The translations under genes and the position numbers were made by a program. Below, piece after piece: positions 19,649 through 29,233 of a stretch of 64,000 bases of DNA. The DNA lies in contig JBLHTM010000002.1 of assembly GCA_047627215.1 (NCBI GenBank), forward strand, positions 158 to 64,157, given 5' to 3'. Numbering within the stretch: position 1 is the first letter of the stretch; each line of letters opens with the position of its first letter. The notes under the pieces are model-generated. The model was not told the origin of the DNA and did not search any database. It saw nothing but the letters and a program-made list of their open reading frames with translations. The DNA comes from Rickettsiales bacterium (GTDB lineage: Bacteria; Pseudomonadota; Alphaproteobacteria; Rickettsiales; UBA1997).

Positions 19649-20728
19649 TTATACAAAAAAACTTAACATCCCAAAACTAGAGAATAAAGAAGAAGATAGC
19701 CAAAAGAATCTTACAACTTTTTTTTCAGGCCATCCTAGCTTCTCAAAATGATGATGTATTGGAGCCATTAAAAATATTCTTTTTTTACGAATTTTATAAG
19801 ATCCAACTTGCAATATCACTGAAAGAGCTTCAATTACAAAAATCAATCCAATGATTCCAAACAATATTTCTTGCTTTAATATTATCGCCAAAACACCTAA
19901 AGAAGCACCTATGGATAGACTACCAACATCCCCCATAAAAATTTTAGCTGGCTTTAAATTGAATTTCAAAAATGCCAAAATCGACCCGATCATCGCCACA
20001 CAGAATATTATCAGTTGAGCGGTATCTGAGATATTTAAAATTCCTAATTGTTTCGAAATCTGTGGATGGGAAGTGGCATAAATTATTCCCACAAAGCAAC
20101 ATAGTACAATAATTACTGGTACACTGACCAAACCATCTAAACCATCTGTAAGGTTGACCGCATTAGCCGCCCCAACAATAATAAAAGCGGCAAAGAGAAT
20201 ATAAAGTGATCCAAAGTCAAAAGTAATATCAAAGAATGGGATTTCAACCACACCATTAAAATAAATATCATTGGTCATCTTTAAAAAAAACATCACCAAG
20301 CTAACGATCGCAAATTGGATGATTATTTTTACACTGCCCTTAAAACCCTTGGTGTTTTTCTGGGTAATTTTCAAAAAATCATCAACAAAGCCAATCAGTG
20401 AAAAACAAAACATCACAAAAAGGGTAATAAGAACGTAATTATTTTCTAAATTAGAAAATAATAATGAGGAAATCAAAGCTCCCAAAATAATAAACATTCC
20501 TCCCATTGTTGGGGTGTGCTTTTTTTCATTAGAGTGATTTTTAAGACCAATTTCGCGAATTGGTTGATAAAGATTACGCTTCTTGTGAATAAAGAGAATG
20601 AAATATTTAATGCCTACATAAGATATTGAAAATGAAGCAAGAAGAGTTATGAATAGGCGAAAAACCACCTGAAGAAAATAAGAAGTGAACAAATCAGAAG
20701 ATAGATTTGTCAAAAAGACATAGAACAT
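19649..20728 (-). CDS. mraY: Phospho-N-acetylmuramoyl-pentapeptide transferase
   Basis: Ten-TM protein with KxxTPTMGG, NAVNLTDGLDGL and PIHHHFE blocks. Confidence 0.95.
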   Translation of the reverse strand: MFYVFLTNLSSDLFTSYFLQVVFRLFITLLASFSISYVGIKYFILFIHKKRNLYQPIREIGLKNHSNEKKHTPTMGGMFIILGALISSLLFSNLENNYVLITLFVMFCFSLIGFVDDFLKITQKNTKGFKGSVKIIIQFAIVSLVMFFLKMTNDIYFNGVVEIPFFDITFDFGSLYILFAAFIIVGAANAVNLTDGLDGLVSVPVIIVLCCFVGIIYATSHPQISKQLGILNISDTAQLIIFCVAMIGSILAFLKFNLKPAKIFMGDVGSLSIGASLGVLAIILKQEILFGIIGLIFVIEALSVILQVGSYKIRKKRIFLMAPIHHHFEKLGWPEKKVVRFFWLSSSLFSSFGMLSFFV

Positions 20729-20815
20729 GATTTTTTAATTATGGGTTATGAATTAATGGCTCATGAAAAAATAATTTAATTAATTTTTTTACATCCAGCG
20801 ATTCATGAAACACAG

Positions 20816-22240
20816 TTATTTCAATATTTTTTCAATTAGTTTTTCCATCCCAATTCCCCTAGATCCTTTCACAAAAATTATATCACCATTCTGAGGTATA
20901 AAATCTATATCTTCACAAGCTTCTGAGGAATTAGCAAAATTACCAATTAATTTTTTTGAATTTAAGTGAGTAGTCAATTTTTGCATCTCCTCTCCAACCA
21001 ATAAAACCAAATCTATGTTAAGATCTATAACATGATCAACGATTTCTCTGTGTTCTTTGTCACTAAATTTTCCAAGTTCCAACATGTCGCCGATGAAAGC
21101 AATTGATCTTGATTTATTTTGATGATTTTTTAAATCGCATAGATATTGCAATCCAGCTTTCATTGAAGATGAATTAGCATTGTAGCTATCATCAATAATG
21201 GTAAATTTTATATTATTCTTTTCAACGTGAATGGTATTTCCACGACCTTTAGGGGTTTCTAGGTTTTTAAAAACTTTCAGTCCTCGCAAAAAATATTTTC
21301 CAATTAGATTTAAGCAAGATATAGCAATCAGGGAATTAGCTATAGTCGTGCGACTTATACTATTAACTACGTAATTAATTTTTTTATCTTTTTTTGTTAG
21401 CAAAATATCAACTTCAGAACAAAAATTTTCTGCCTCACTGATAGATAATAATTTGACATCACTTATTGCATTTGATCCAAAACTAATAATATTTTCGGTT
21501 GGAATTTTTACTTCTAAAGCTTGTTTTTTTAAGAATTCAAAATGGATATTATCAGCGTTGATCAACGCAAATCCGCCCTCAACTAATCCAACAAAAATTT
21601 CTGATTTTGCAAGAGCTATACCTTCTTCATTCTCAAAATTTCCAATATGAGCGGCACAAACATTGGTAATAATTGCAATATGAGGTCTAGCAATTTTGGA
21701 TAATTTTGTTAATTCTCCAGCATAGCTCATTCCCATTTCAAGAACGCCAAAATCAACATCTCTTGGCATGTTGCAAAGTGAAACTGGAAGGCCAAATCGA
21801 TTGTTAAAATTTCCAACAGTTCCAAAGGTTTTTCCTTGGGATGAGAAAACTTTTTTGAGCATCTCTTTAACACTGGTTTTTCCAGCAGATCCTGTGACAG
21901 CAATAATTTTCCCAGAAATTCTATTTCGAGAAAAGATCGCTAATTGATCTAATGCTTCAAGTGAGTTTTTTACTAGAATGAGCCTTTGATCGCCCGCAAA
22001 TTGCTCGGGAATTTTGTCAACTATTGCCGCAACACAGCCATTATCAAAAGCACTATGTAGATAATCGTGACCATCATTGAATTCACCCTCAAAAGCGACA
22101 AATAAACCATTATCAGTTTTTGATCTGCTATCAATCACAACTTGATTGATAGCAGATTCAATTTTTCCAACTGAAATGATTTGATCTTTCAGAGCTAGCT
22201 TAATTTCCGATATTGACCAAAGAGATTCTTGTGATGCCAT
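20816..22240 (-). CDS. murF: UDP-N-acetylmuramoyl-tripeptide--D-alanyl-D-alanine ligase
   Basis: Mur ligase P-loop VTGSAGKTS, DDSYNAN block, and position upstream of mraY. Confidence 0.9.
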   Translation of the reverse strand: MASQESLWSISEIKLALKDQIISVGKIESAINQVVIDSRSKTDNGLFVAFEGEFNDGHDYLHSAFDNGCVAAIVDKIPEQFAGDQRLILVKNSLEALDQLAIFSRNRISGKIIAVTGSAGKTSVKEMLKKVFSSQGKTFGTVGNFNNRFGLPVSLCNMPRDVDFGVLEMGMSYAGELTKLSKIARPHIAIITNVCAAHIGNFENEEGIALAKSEIFVGLVEGGFALINADNIHFEFLKKQALEVKIPTENIISFGSNAISDVKLLSISEAENFCSEVDILLTKKDKKINYVVNSISRTTIANSLIAISCLNLIGKYFLRGLKVFKNLETPKGRGNTIHVEKNNIKFTIIDDSYNANSSSMKAGLQYLCDLKNHQNKSRSIAFIGDMLELGKFSDKEHREIVDHVIDLNIDLVLLVGEEMQKLTTHLNSKKLIGNFANSSEACEDIDFIPQNGDIIFVKGSRGIGMEKLIEKILK

Positions 22241-22243
22241 GTC

Positions 22244-23233
22244 TTAATTAACTAATTTCAACAATTCTTCCTGATTTAGCCTAGCGCCAACTTTACTTAT
22301 AACCCCGCCGGCTATAACATTACCAAGCATAGCAGCTTCCTGAGCGCTAAAACCATTACTGATTCCATATAAAAATCCAGCAGCAAAAGAATCTCCGGCC
22401 CCAGTTGTATCAACAACTTTTTCGCATTTTTCCGTTGGAATATTATGAAGATCTTCGCCAGAGAATATCATCACGCCCCTTTCTCCCATAGTCATAGCGA
22501 TGATTATCTCGGGATTACGAGCCATAATCTCGCATTTAACTTTTTGATAATCGTTTTGCGCAAAATCTTTTCCAATCAAGAATTCCATTTCGACTTCATT
22601 GGAAAATAAAATATCAATATCATTAAACATATTAAGAAACCCACTATGATGTCTTTCAACACAAAAGGCATCGGAAAGTGAAAACGCTACTTTTGTTTTA
22701 CTATCCTTAGCAACTTGAATTGCGTGACGAAGAGCCATTATGGTTTCGTGCTCGTCCCACAGATAACCTTCTAAATATAAAATTTTAGAATCCGCAATTG
22801 CCTCATCATCGATTTCGTCATTAATTTGAGAAGCAAGACCCAGATAAGTGCACATGGTTCTTTCTCCATCAGGAGTTACCAAAACATAAGATCGCGCAGT
22901 TGATCCTGATTTAGCTTTCTTTTTACAAAGAAAGTCGCAACCGATATATTTTAAATCTTCGACAAAGATATCTCCAAATTTATCTTTACCAACTTTTCCA
23001 ATCAAAGCAGTTTTTGAACCAAGCATTGTCATGGTGGCGATTGAATTTGCCACTGAACCACCTGATTTTATTTCTTCATACTTTAATGGCTCAAGCCTCT
23101 TGGCATTTTCCTCATCAATTAAAAACATTCCACCTTTAGTGAGATTGTAATCTGGAAGAATATGATCTTCTACCAAGCAAATAGTGTCTACAACGGCGTT
23201 ACCGATACCTACAATATTATATTTTTTTTCCAT
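22244..23233 (-). CDS. PfkB-family carbohydrate/adenosine kinase
   Basis: GIGNAVVD..., GGSVANS, and the C-terminal DTTGAGDSFAAGF signature. Confidence 0.8.
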   Translation of the reverse strand: MEKKYNIVGIGNAVVDTICLVEDHILPDYNLTKGGMFLIDEENAKRLEPLKYEEIKSGGSVANSIATMTMLGSKTALIGKVGKDKFGDIFVEDLKYIGCDFLCKKKAKSGSTARSYVLVTPDGERTMCTYLGLASQINDEIDDEAIADSKILYLEGYLWDEHETIMALRHAIQVAKDSKTKVAFSLSDAFCVERHHSGFLNMFNDIDILFSNEVEMEFLIGKDFAQNDYQKVKCEIMARNPEIIIAMTMGERGVMIFSGEDLHNIPTEKCEKVVDTTGAGDSFAAGFLYGISNGFSAQEAAMLGNVIAGGVISKVGARLNQEELLKLVN

Positions 23234-23334
23234 ATAATTTGGGCAATTAAAGATTGAGATTGTGTTTTAAAATTGGAACGAATGCTCCGGTAACAATTTG
23301 ATTTTAGAATTGAACTTCTAAATCAAAAAATGGA

Positions 23335-23411
23335 TGGTGGGTCTGGGTGGACTCGAACCACCGACCTCGCACTTATCAGGCGCGCGCTCTAACCAGCTGA
23401 GCTACAAACCC
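23335..23411 (-). tRNA. tRNA-Ile (GAU)
   Basis: The reverse complement GGGTTTGTAGCTCAGCTGGTTAGAGC..CGCGC-CTGATAA-GTGCG...GGTTCGAGTCC..CAGACCCACCA. There is no rRNA nearby. Confidence 0.9.
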
Positions 23412-23502
23412 CCATAAAGGAATAGAAGCGAAGTAACATACGAATTGATCTTTTATTTGTCAATAAATTTTACAGAAAAGCTTTGTAAAAAAAATTTAAC
23501 AC

Positions 23503-24237
23503 TTAGCTTTTATTCTCAAAAAGCATAACATAATTGATCTTAACATCGTCACTTCTTTTCCATTCATCTTTCAATAAATTAAAAGAAAATCCGCTTATTT
23601 CCAATAATTCCAAATTATTTTTAATGGCAATGGCGTTAATTTCTGATGGTTTTAAAAACTTTTTCCAATCATGAGTTCCAATCGGCATCCAACGCAAAAC
23701 ATATTCCGCGCCTATAATGGCATTTAAGTAAGATTTTGCGGTACGATTCAATGTTGCAACAAACATCAATCCATTCGGCTTTAAACATCCTTTAATGGCA
23801 GTTAAGAACTTCTCGACGTCAGCAACATGCTCAACGATTTCCATTGCTAAAACCACATCAAATTTTTCATCTGTTTTTGCTAATTCTTCAACATCTAAAA
23901 ATCGATAATCAATTTCTATTCCGCTTTTTTGCGCATGTATTTTCGCAATTTTAATATTCTTTTCTCCGGCATCAATTCCAACAACCTCACCGCCAAGATT
24001 CGCAAGAGGTTCACAAAGCAAACCTCCCCCACAACCAACGTCCAGAATCTTTAAATCTTTTAAAGGATATTTTGATGAGCCATCAATATCAAAATGATTG
24101 ATCAGTTTTTCTTTAATAAATTTTATTCGACAAGGATTGAACTTGTGCAAAGGCTTGAACTTGCCAGTCGCAGACCACCATTCATCGGCCATTGCCTCAA
24201 ATTTTTCTATCTCTTTTTGATCAATTGTAGTTTTCAT
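23503..24237 (-). CDS. ubiG: Ubiquinone biosynthesis O-methyltransferase
   Basis: EKFEAMADEWW..., FKPLHKFNP, and SAM motif ILDVGCGGGLL. The start is set at MKTTIDQ. Confidence 0.85.
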   Translation of the reverse strand: MKTTIDQKEIEKFEAMADEWWSATGKFKPLHKFNPCRIKFIKEKLINHFDIDGSSKYPLKDLKILDVGCGGGLLCEPLANLGGEVVGIDAGEKNIKIAKIHAQKSGIEIDYRFLDVEELAKTDEKFDVVLAMEIVEHVADVEKFLTAIKGCLKPNGLMFVATLNRTAKSYLNAIIGAEYVLRWMPIGTHDWKKFLKPSEINAIAIKNNLELLEISGFSFNLLKDEWKRSDDVKINYVMLFENKS

Positions 24238-25111
24238 AATATTCCTTTTTATTAACCCAATCAGGCTCAACTTTTACAAACAAAAATAAATGAACTTTAG
24301 TTCCAAGAAGCTCAGCAATATCTAGGCGAGATTCTTCGCCAATTTTTCTAATCATTGATCCACCCTTCCCCAAAACGATCATTTTCTGACTTTCTTTCAA
24401 AACATAAATCGTTTGTTTGATTTTTACTTGGTGGTTTTTTAGATCTTCCCATGAATCAGTTTTTACATGAACAGAATATGGCAAATCCTGATTCAAATGC
24501 GTGAAAAGTTTCTCACGAGTGATTTCTGAGGCAACGAATTTCATGGGAGCATCAGTAATTTCGTCGTCATTGAACTGCCAAGGAGCTTCACAAGCGACTG
24601 AAATTAAATGCTTCTTAAGTTCCTTCGTTCCGTCACCATCCAAAGCAGAAATTAGGAAAATATTCTCAAAACCTCGGCTAATCAAATCAGCCATAATTGC
24701 CAACATTTTTTCTTTTTTAACCACATCAACCTTGTTTATGACGATAATTGGAGTGATTTCATGAAATTTCAAATCTACCAAAATTTGTTCGTTATTTTCA
24801 CCCAAACTTCCATCTTTAACTTTATCAGCATCGATCAGCAAGCAAACATGGTCCGCTTCTTTAATTGCCTGCCAAGCAGAACGAACAATTGCTCTTTCCA
24901 ATGGACGGGTAGTTCTGGGGATAAAAACTCCCGGAGTATCAAGAAAAACTATTTGCGTTTCACCCTCCACCATAATGGCTTTTATGGTGTTTCTAGTGGT
25001 TTGAACTTTTGATGAGACAATAGATATTTTTTGACCAACTAAATGATTTGCTAAAGTTGACTTGCCGGCATTTGGCGCGCCGATAAGAGCGATGGAGGAG
25101 AATTTTTTCAT
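24221..25111 (-). CDS. era: GTPase Era
   Basis: G1 GAPNAGKST, G3 DTPG, G4 NKVD, and a C-terminal KH domain. Confidence 0.9.
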   Translation of the reverse strand: MKKFSSIALIGAPNAGKSTLANHLVGQKISIVSSKVQTTRNTIKAIMVEGETQIVFLDTPGVFIPRTTRPLERAIVRSAWQAIKEADHVCLLIDADKVKDGSLGENNEQILVDLKFHEITPIIVINKVDVVKKEKMLAIMADLISRGFENIFLISALDGDGTKELKKHLISVACEAPWQFNDDEITDAPMKFVASEITREKLFTHLNQDLPYSVHVKTDSWEDLKNHQVKIKQTIYVLKESQKMIVLGKGGSMIRKIGEESRLDIAELLGTKVHLFLFVKVEPDWVNKKEYYENYN

Positions 25112-25600
25112 TTATTTAATTATGTTTTTTAGTGAAGTTCGATATTGAGACACAACAATCAAGGTAAGTCCGATGATGTTGAGTAGGTTTGCGATATTTT
25201 TTAAAATGTCGTTCTTCGAGACCAGATGATCAATTTTTTCTAAAACGCTAATTCTAGCAATAAAAATTTCATCTATTTTATTTTGTAATTCTTTTTGCAA
25301 AACAGATTCTTTCAAAATCAGATCTTCTAGAGATTTGATATTATGGTCAACATTAAAAGCATTTCTGATTAAATTATTATTAATAATATCAGGATTATTT
25401 TGTGAAGTTAATGCGATATTTTGCACCGACAACCAACGAAACTGACTATTTTTCCAAGATGAGTCAATTTTCATATCTATTTTTCTAACGTCTCCTTCAA
25501 AGCCAGAAATAGCAATGTCATTTTTACTGATAGCAAAATTAAAAATAATTGCCGAAACAACAGTAAAAATTACCCCAATTATTAAAAATATTTTTCTCAT
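25112..25600 (-). CDS. Hypothetical membrane protein (N- and C-terminal TM helices)
   Basis: ORF packed between the DAHP synthase and era genes with gaps of 0 to 3 nt. No motif was recognised. Confidence 0.5.
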   Translation of the reverse strand: MRKIFLIIGVIFTVVSAIIFNFAISKNDIAISGFEGDVRKIDMKIDSSWKNSQFRWLSVQNIALTSQNNPDIINNNLIRNAFNVDHNIKSLEDLILKESVLQKELQNKIDEIFIARISVLEKIDHLVSKNDILKNIANLLNIIGLTLIVVSQYRTSLKNIIK

Positions 25601-25603
25601 ATT

Positions 25604-26950
25604 TTATATTGAGTCTTGCAATTGCTCAGCAATTAAGAAAGCCAACTCCAAGCTCTGAGAAGAATTTAAGCGCGGATCACAATGAGTGTGGTAGCGGTTT
25701 TTGAGATCTAGTTCAGATATTTCTTGATTTCCACCCAAACATTCTGTGACATCTTGACCGGTCATTTCAAAGTGAATTCCCCCAGCAAAAGTTCCAATAG
25801 ATTTATGAATTTGTAGGAATGATTTTATCTCTGACAAAATATCGTCAAATTTTCTAGTTTTATATCCATTTGATGATTTAACCGTATTGCCATGCATTGG
25901 GTCACAAGACCAAATAACATTTCTGCCTTCGTCTTTTACTCTTTTGACCAATTTCGGCAACAAATCTTCCACTTTTCCAGCTCCCATTCGAGAGATTAGA
26001 GTGATTTTACCGGCTTGGTTTTTGGGATTTAAAATATCTAGCAATTGAATAAGATCATCAGGATTCATTGATGGTCCGACTTTGAAAGCGACAGGATTTT
26101 CAATTCCACGCATGAATTCCACATGGGCAGAATCAACATTTCTGGTTCTATCGCCAATCCAAAGCAAATGAGCAGAAAGATCGTAATGACCGTTATTTTT
26201 GAAATTACGAGTAAATTGCTCTTCGTAATTCAACAATAAAGCTTCGTGAGAAGTATAAAATTTAGCGCTATTTAACTGCAAAAATTCGTCAGAATTGAGT
26301 CCACAAGATTCAATAAAGTTGATAGATTTATTGATACTACCAATAACTTTCTCAATATGCTCTTTTTGCTTCAAGCCTGAAGCAAACTCTTCATTCCAAT
26401 TATTAACATTTTTCAAGGAAGAGAATCCACCAACAGCCAATGATCGAACGTAGTTCAGGGTTGCCGCAGAATGAAAATATCCTTCAATTAGACGATTTGG
26501 ATCACATTTTCTGGAATCCTCGTCAAATCCAATACTATTTATAATATCACCGCGATAACTCGGATGTGAAATACCGTCAATAGTCTCGGTATCTCCAGAT
26601 CTTGGTTTAGCGTATTGACCAGCAACTCTTCCGACCTTAACTACCGGTTTTTTCATGCCATACATCAAAGCGATGGTCATCTGCAAAATGGTTTTGAAAT
26701 AGTTTTTGATATTACCTTGGCTAAATTCCGCAAAGCTTTCAGCGCAATCTCCGCCCTGAAGTAAGAATGCCTCTCCTTTTGAAACTTTCGCTAAATCAGA
26801 TTTCAGATCTTCAATTTCGTTAAAAGAGACTAGGCCCGGAAATTGGCTTAGTTTTTTCTCAACTTTTTTGAGTTCATTTTGGTTTTCGTAGATTGGTTGT
26901 TGCTTAATCGGATGGTTGCGCCAAGAATCAATTTGCCAGTTTTTTTGCAT
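25604..26950 (-). CDS. Class II (plant-type) 3-deoxy-7-phosphoheptulonate synthase
   Basis: WRNHPIKQQPIY..., LLQGGDCAESF, KPRS, and HGNT blocks of the DAHP_synth_2 family. The start is set at MQKNWQ. Confidence 0.85.
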   Translation of the reverse strand: MQKNWQIDSWRNHPIKQQPIYENQNELKKVEKKLSQFPGLVSFNEIEDLKSDLAKVSKGEAFLLQGGDCAESFAEFSQGNIKNYFKTILQMTIALMYGMKKPVVKVGRVAGQYAKPRSGDTETIDGISHPSYRGDIINSIGFDEDSRKCDPNRLIEGYFHSAATLNYVRSLAVGGFSSLKNVNNWNEEFASGLKQKEHIEKVIGSINKSINFIESCGLNSDEFLQLNSAKFYTSHEALLLNYEEQFTRNFKNNGHYDLSAHLLWIGDRTRNVDSAHVEFMRGIENPVAFKVGPSMNPDDLIQLLDILNPKNQAGKITLISRMGAGKVEDLLPKLVKRVKDEGRNVIWSCDPMHGNTVKSSNGYKTRKFDDILSEIKSFLQIHKSIGTFAGGIHFEMTGQDVTECLGGNQEISELDLKNRYHTHCDPRLNSSQSLELAFLIAEQLQDSI

Positions 26951-27035
26951 AATTTTAAAAAATACTTTGTAAAAAATGAGGCGCGGATTATCTTCTAGCC
27001 CCATTTCAATGTCAAATCATAATCTACCTATAAAA

Positions 27036-27887
27036 ATGACCGATAAATTAGCTAAAAAAATAGCATTCCAAGGAATTCCGGGTGCAAATTCCGACATTGC
27101 TTGCATAGAATTTTATCCTGATTGCCAAGCCGTTCCATATGGCTCATTCGCAGATGTTTTTAAAGCGGTAGAAAATGATGAGGTTGAATATGGTATGCTT
27201 CCCATTGAAAATTCCTACGCTGGACGTGTTTCAGAAATTCACAATTTGCTGCAAGATGGCAACAATTCAATCATCGCCGAACATTTTATTCGCATCGAAC
27301 ATCATTTGGTGGGAATCAAGGGCGCAAAAATAGAAGACATTAAGGATGTTTATTCTCACCCCCAGGCTTTGATGCAGTGCCGTAAACATTTGGGAGAGTT
27401 TGATTTTAATCAAGTTGAACACACAAACACAGCCAAAGCAGCGCAATTTGTTGCCAAAAAACAAGATAAAAGCAAAGCGGCTATTTGTTCAAAATTGGCT
27501 GCTGAAATTCACGGCCTAGAAATCATCAAAAACAATTTGGAAGATTCTGGTGACGATAATTTCACAATTTTTATTGTTATCGCCAAAAACCCAGTTGACA
27601 TTGAACCTGAGAAAGGAAAAGTTATTACCACAATGCTCTTCACCGTTAGAAACATTCCGGGTGCTGTTTATAAAGCCTTGGGTGGTTTTGCAACCAACGG
27701 AGTTAATTTGGTTAAATGGGAAAGTTACATTCCAAGCGGAAAATCTTCACAGGCAAAATTCTTTATTTCAATTGAAGGCCACCCATCCCAGAGAAACGTC
27801 GCTTTAGCTTTGGAAGAAGTTGGATTTTTCTCAAAATCAATCAAATTACTCGGAGTTTATTACGCCGATAAAACTAGATATGAATAA
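27036..27887 (+). CDS. pheA: Prephenate dehydratase
   Basis: IAFQGIPGANSD..., PIENSYAGRV, the TIF motif region, and a C-terminal ACT-like domain. Confidence 0.85.
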   Translation: MTDKLAKKIAFQGIPGANSDIACIEFYPDCQAVPYGSFADVFKAVENDEVEYGMLPIENSYAGRVSEIHNLLQDGNNSIIAEHFIRIEHHLVGIKGAKIEDIKDVYSHPQALMQCRKHLGEFDFNQVEHTNTAKAAQFVAKKQDKSKAAICSKLAAEIHGLEIIKNNLEDSGDDNFTIFIVIAKNPVDIEPEKGKVITTMLFTVRNIPGAVYKALGGFATNGVNLVKWESYIPSGKSSQAKFFISIEGHPSQRNVALALEEVGFFSKSIKLLGVYYADKTRYE

Positions 27888-27972
27888 AATATCCACAAGG
27901 AAGCGCGCGCCTTTAAAATTTACCTCCTAAAATTTATTTCCTTGCAGCCTCACCTTAACTTAAAACTAATAT

Positions 27973-28560
27973 ATGAGAATAATTTCTGGAAAACATCGCG
28001 GTAGAAAATTGTTGGATTGCAGAGAGTTTAAAGATTTGCGCCCAACTTCGGATAAAAATCGCGAGAATTTATTCAACGTCTTACTATCTTCCAGAAAAAT
28101 TCAAGAAATTGATTTTGATATTTCTAATTGTGATTTGCTGGATGTTTTTTCAGGATCTGGCGCAGTTGCCTTGGAAGCCTTGTCTCGAGGAATAAAATCA
28201 GCAGCTTTAATTGACAAAAACCGTGATCATTTGGATTTGGCAAAGCAAAATGCTGAATTATTTGGCAAGAATGATTTAGAATATCATTGTTTCGATCTAT
28301 CAAGATCATCCTTCCAATCTCAACGTAAATTCAATCTGATTTTTATCGATCCTCCATACAATAAAAATCTGGCATTGATTTCACTAAAAAATTTGGCCGA
28401 AACCGGATGGGTTGAGAATGGAGCGCTAATCATCATTGAACATTTCTTCGCTGAAAAACTAAGCGATGCACCAGAAAATGTCAGGCTTATAGAAAGCAGA
28501 AAATACAAAGATACAATTTTCAGCTTTTTTGTTTTTGAGGGTTCCCAGTTACCAAAGTAA
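27973..28560 (+). CDS. rsmD: 16S rRNA (guanine966-N2)-methyltransferase
   Basis: MRIISGKHRGRKL...LRPTSDKNRENLFN, DVFSGSGAVALEALSRG, and DPPY. Confidence 0.85.
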   Translation: MRIISGKHRGRKLLDCREFKDLRPTSDKNRENLFNVLLSSRKIQEIDFDISNCDLLDVFSGSGAVALEALSRGIKSAALIDKNRDHLDLAKQNAELFGKNDLEYHCFDLSRSSFQSQRKFNLIFIDPPYNKNLALISLKNLAETGWVENGALIIIEHFFAEKLSDAPENVRLIESRKYKDTIFSFFVFEGSQLPK

Positions 28561-28630
28561 TTTTTCTTAAATAAACCTTGCTTTTACAAGCAACATTCTG
28601 ATAATGACCGCTCTTACGCATTTCTTTTGT

Positions 28631-28707
<77 letters not shown>

Positions 28708-28947
28708 AATCATCTTCCAGTACAATCCAAAAACATCCATTCAGGCTTTATCTAGCAAACTTCTAAAGATTGCACTCTTTCAACAAGAATCAATAAAATC
28801 TAAAATTTTTGTATATACAAAATAATACCATTTTCCATCACGCTTTCTCTCCGCGAGCGCACTAAAATCAAAGATTTTAGCAATACCATTTACCATATAA
28901 AGATGGGAAATGGTATAATGTATAAATAAAACATACATTATGAATTT

Positions 28948-29203
28948 ATGACAAAATTAACCGATATAACAATCAAAAGACCTAATACCATTTCCACAAA
29001 TTAACTTCTCTCTTAACTTCATCTTTATGATTTTTAATTTTTAATTCTAAAGTTTGCGGTATCTAGATACAGCTTCACTTTAGAATTAAATTTAAAAATC
29101 AAAATATTTTGTTAAGAGAGAAGTTAATTTATGGAAATGGTATAAGACTAAAGATAAGGACTATTTATTGTTTGATGATGGTGATTTTCGTTTACTAATT
29201 TAA
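28948..29203 (+). pseudogene. Remnant (about 31 codons) of a P4-type tyrosine integrase N-terminus, interrupted by a 157-bp palindromic element
   Basis: Removing 28986..29142 plus one TAA copy restores MTKLTDITIKRPKTKDKDYLLFDDGDFRLLI*. This resembles the Arm-DNA-binding consensus LTDxxIKxxKPxxKxYKLxDGxGLxLxV. It lies 240 nt downstream of tRNA-fMet. Confidence 0.6.
28986..29142. mobile_element. 157-bp near-perfect palindromic MITE-like element with a TAA target-site duplication
   Basis: The arm TACCATTTCCACAAATTAACTTCTCTCTTAAC... mirrors ...GTTAAGAGAGAAGTTAATTTATGGAAATGGTA. The centre is GTATCTAGATAC, and TAA flanks both ends (28983..28985 and 29143..29145). Confidence 0.7.
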
Positions 29204-29233
29204 TTCTGCCCTAGTTTCTGCTTCGTTCATTTG

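Noticed and set aside
28820-29145. Repeated ATACCATTTNCCA motifs considered as a small CRISPR array
   Set aside because: The copies occur in both orientations with irregular spacing. Two of them are the ends of one long palindrome, and no cas genes or leader are present.
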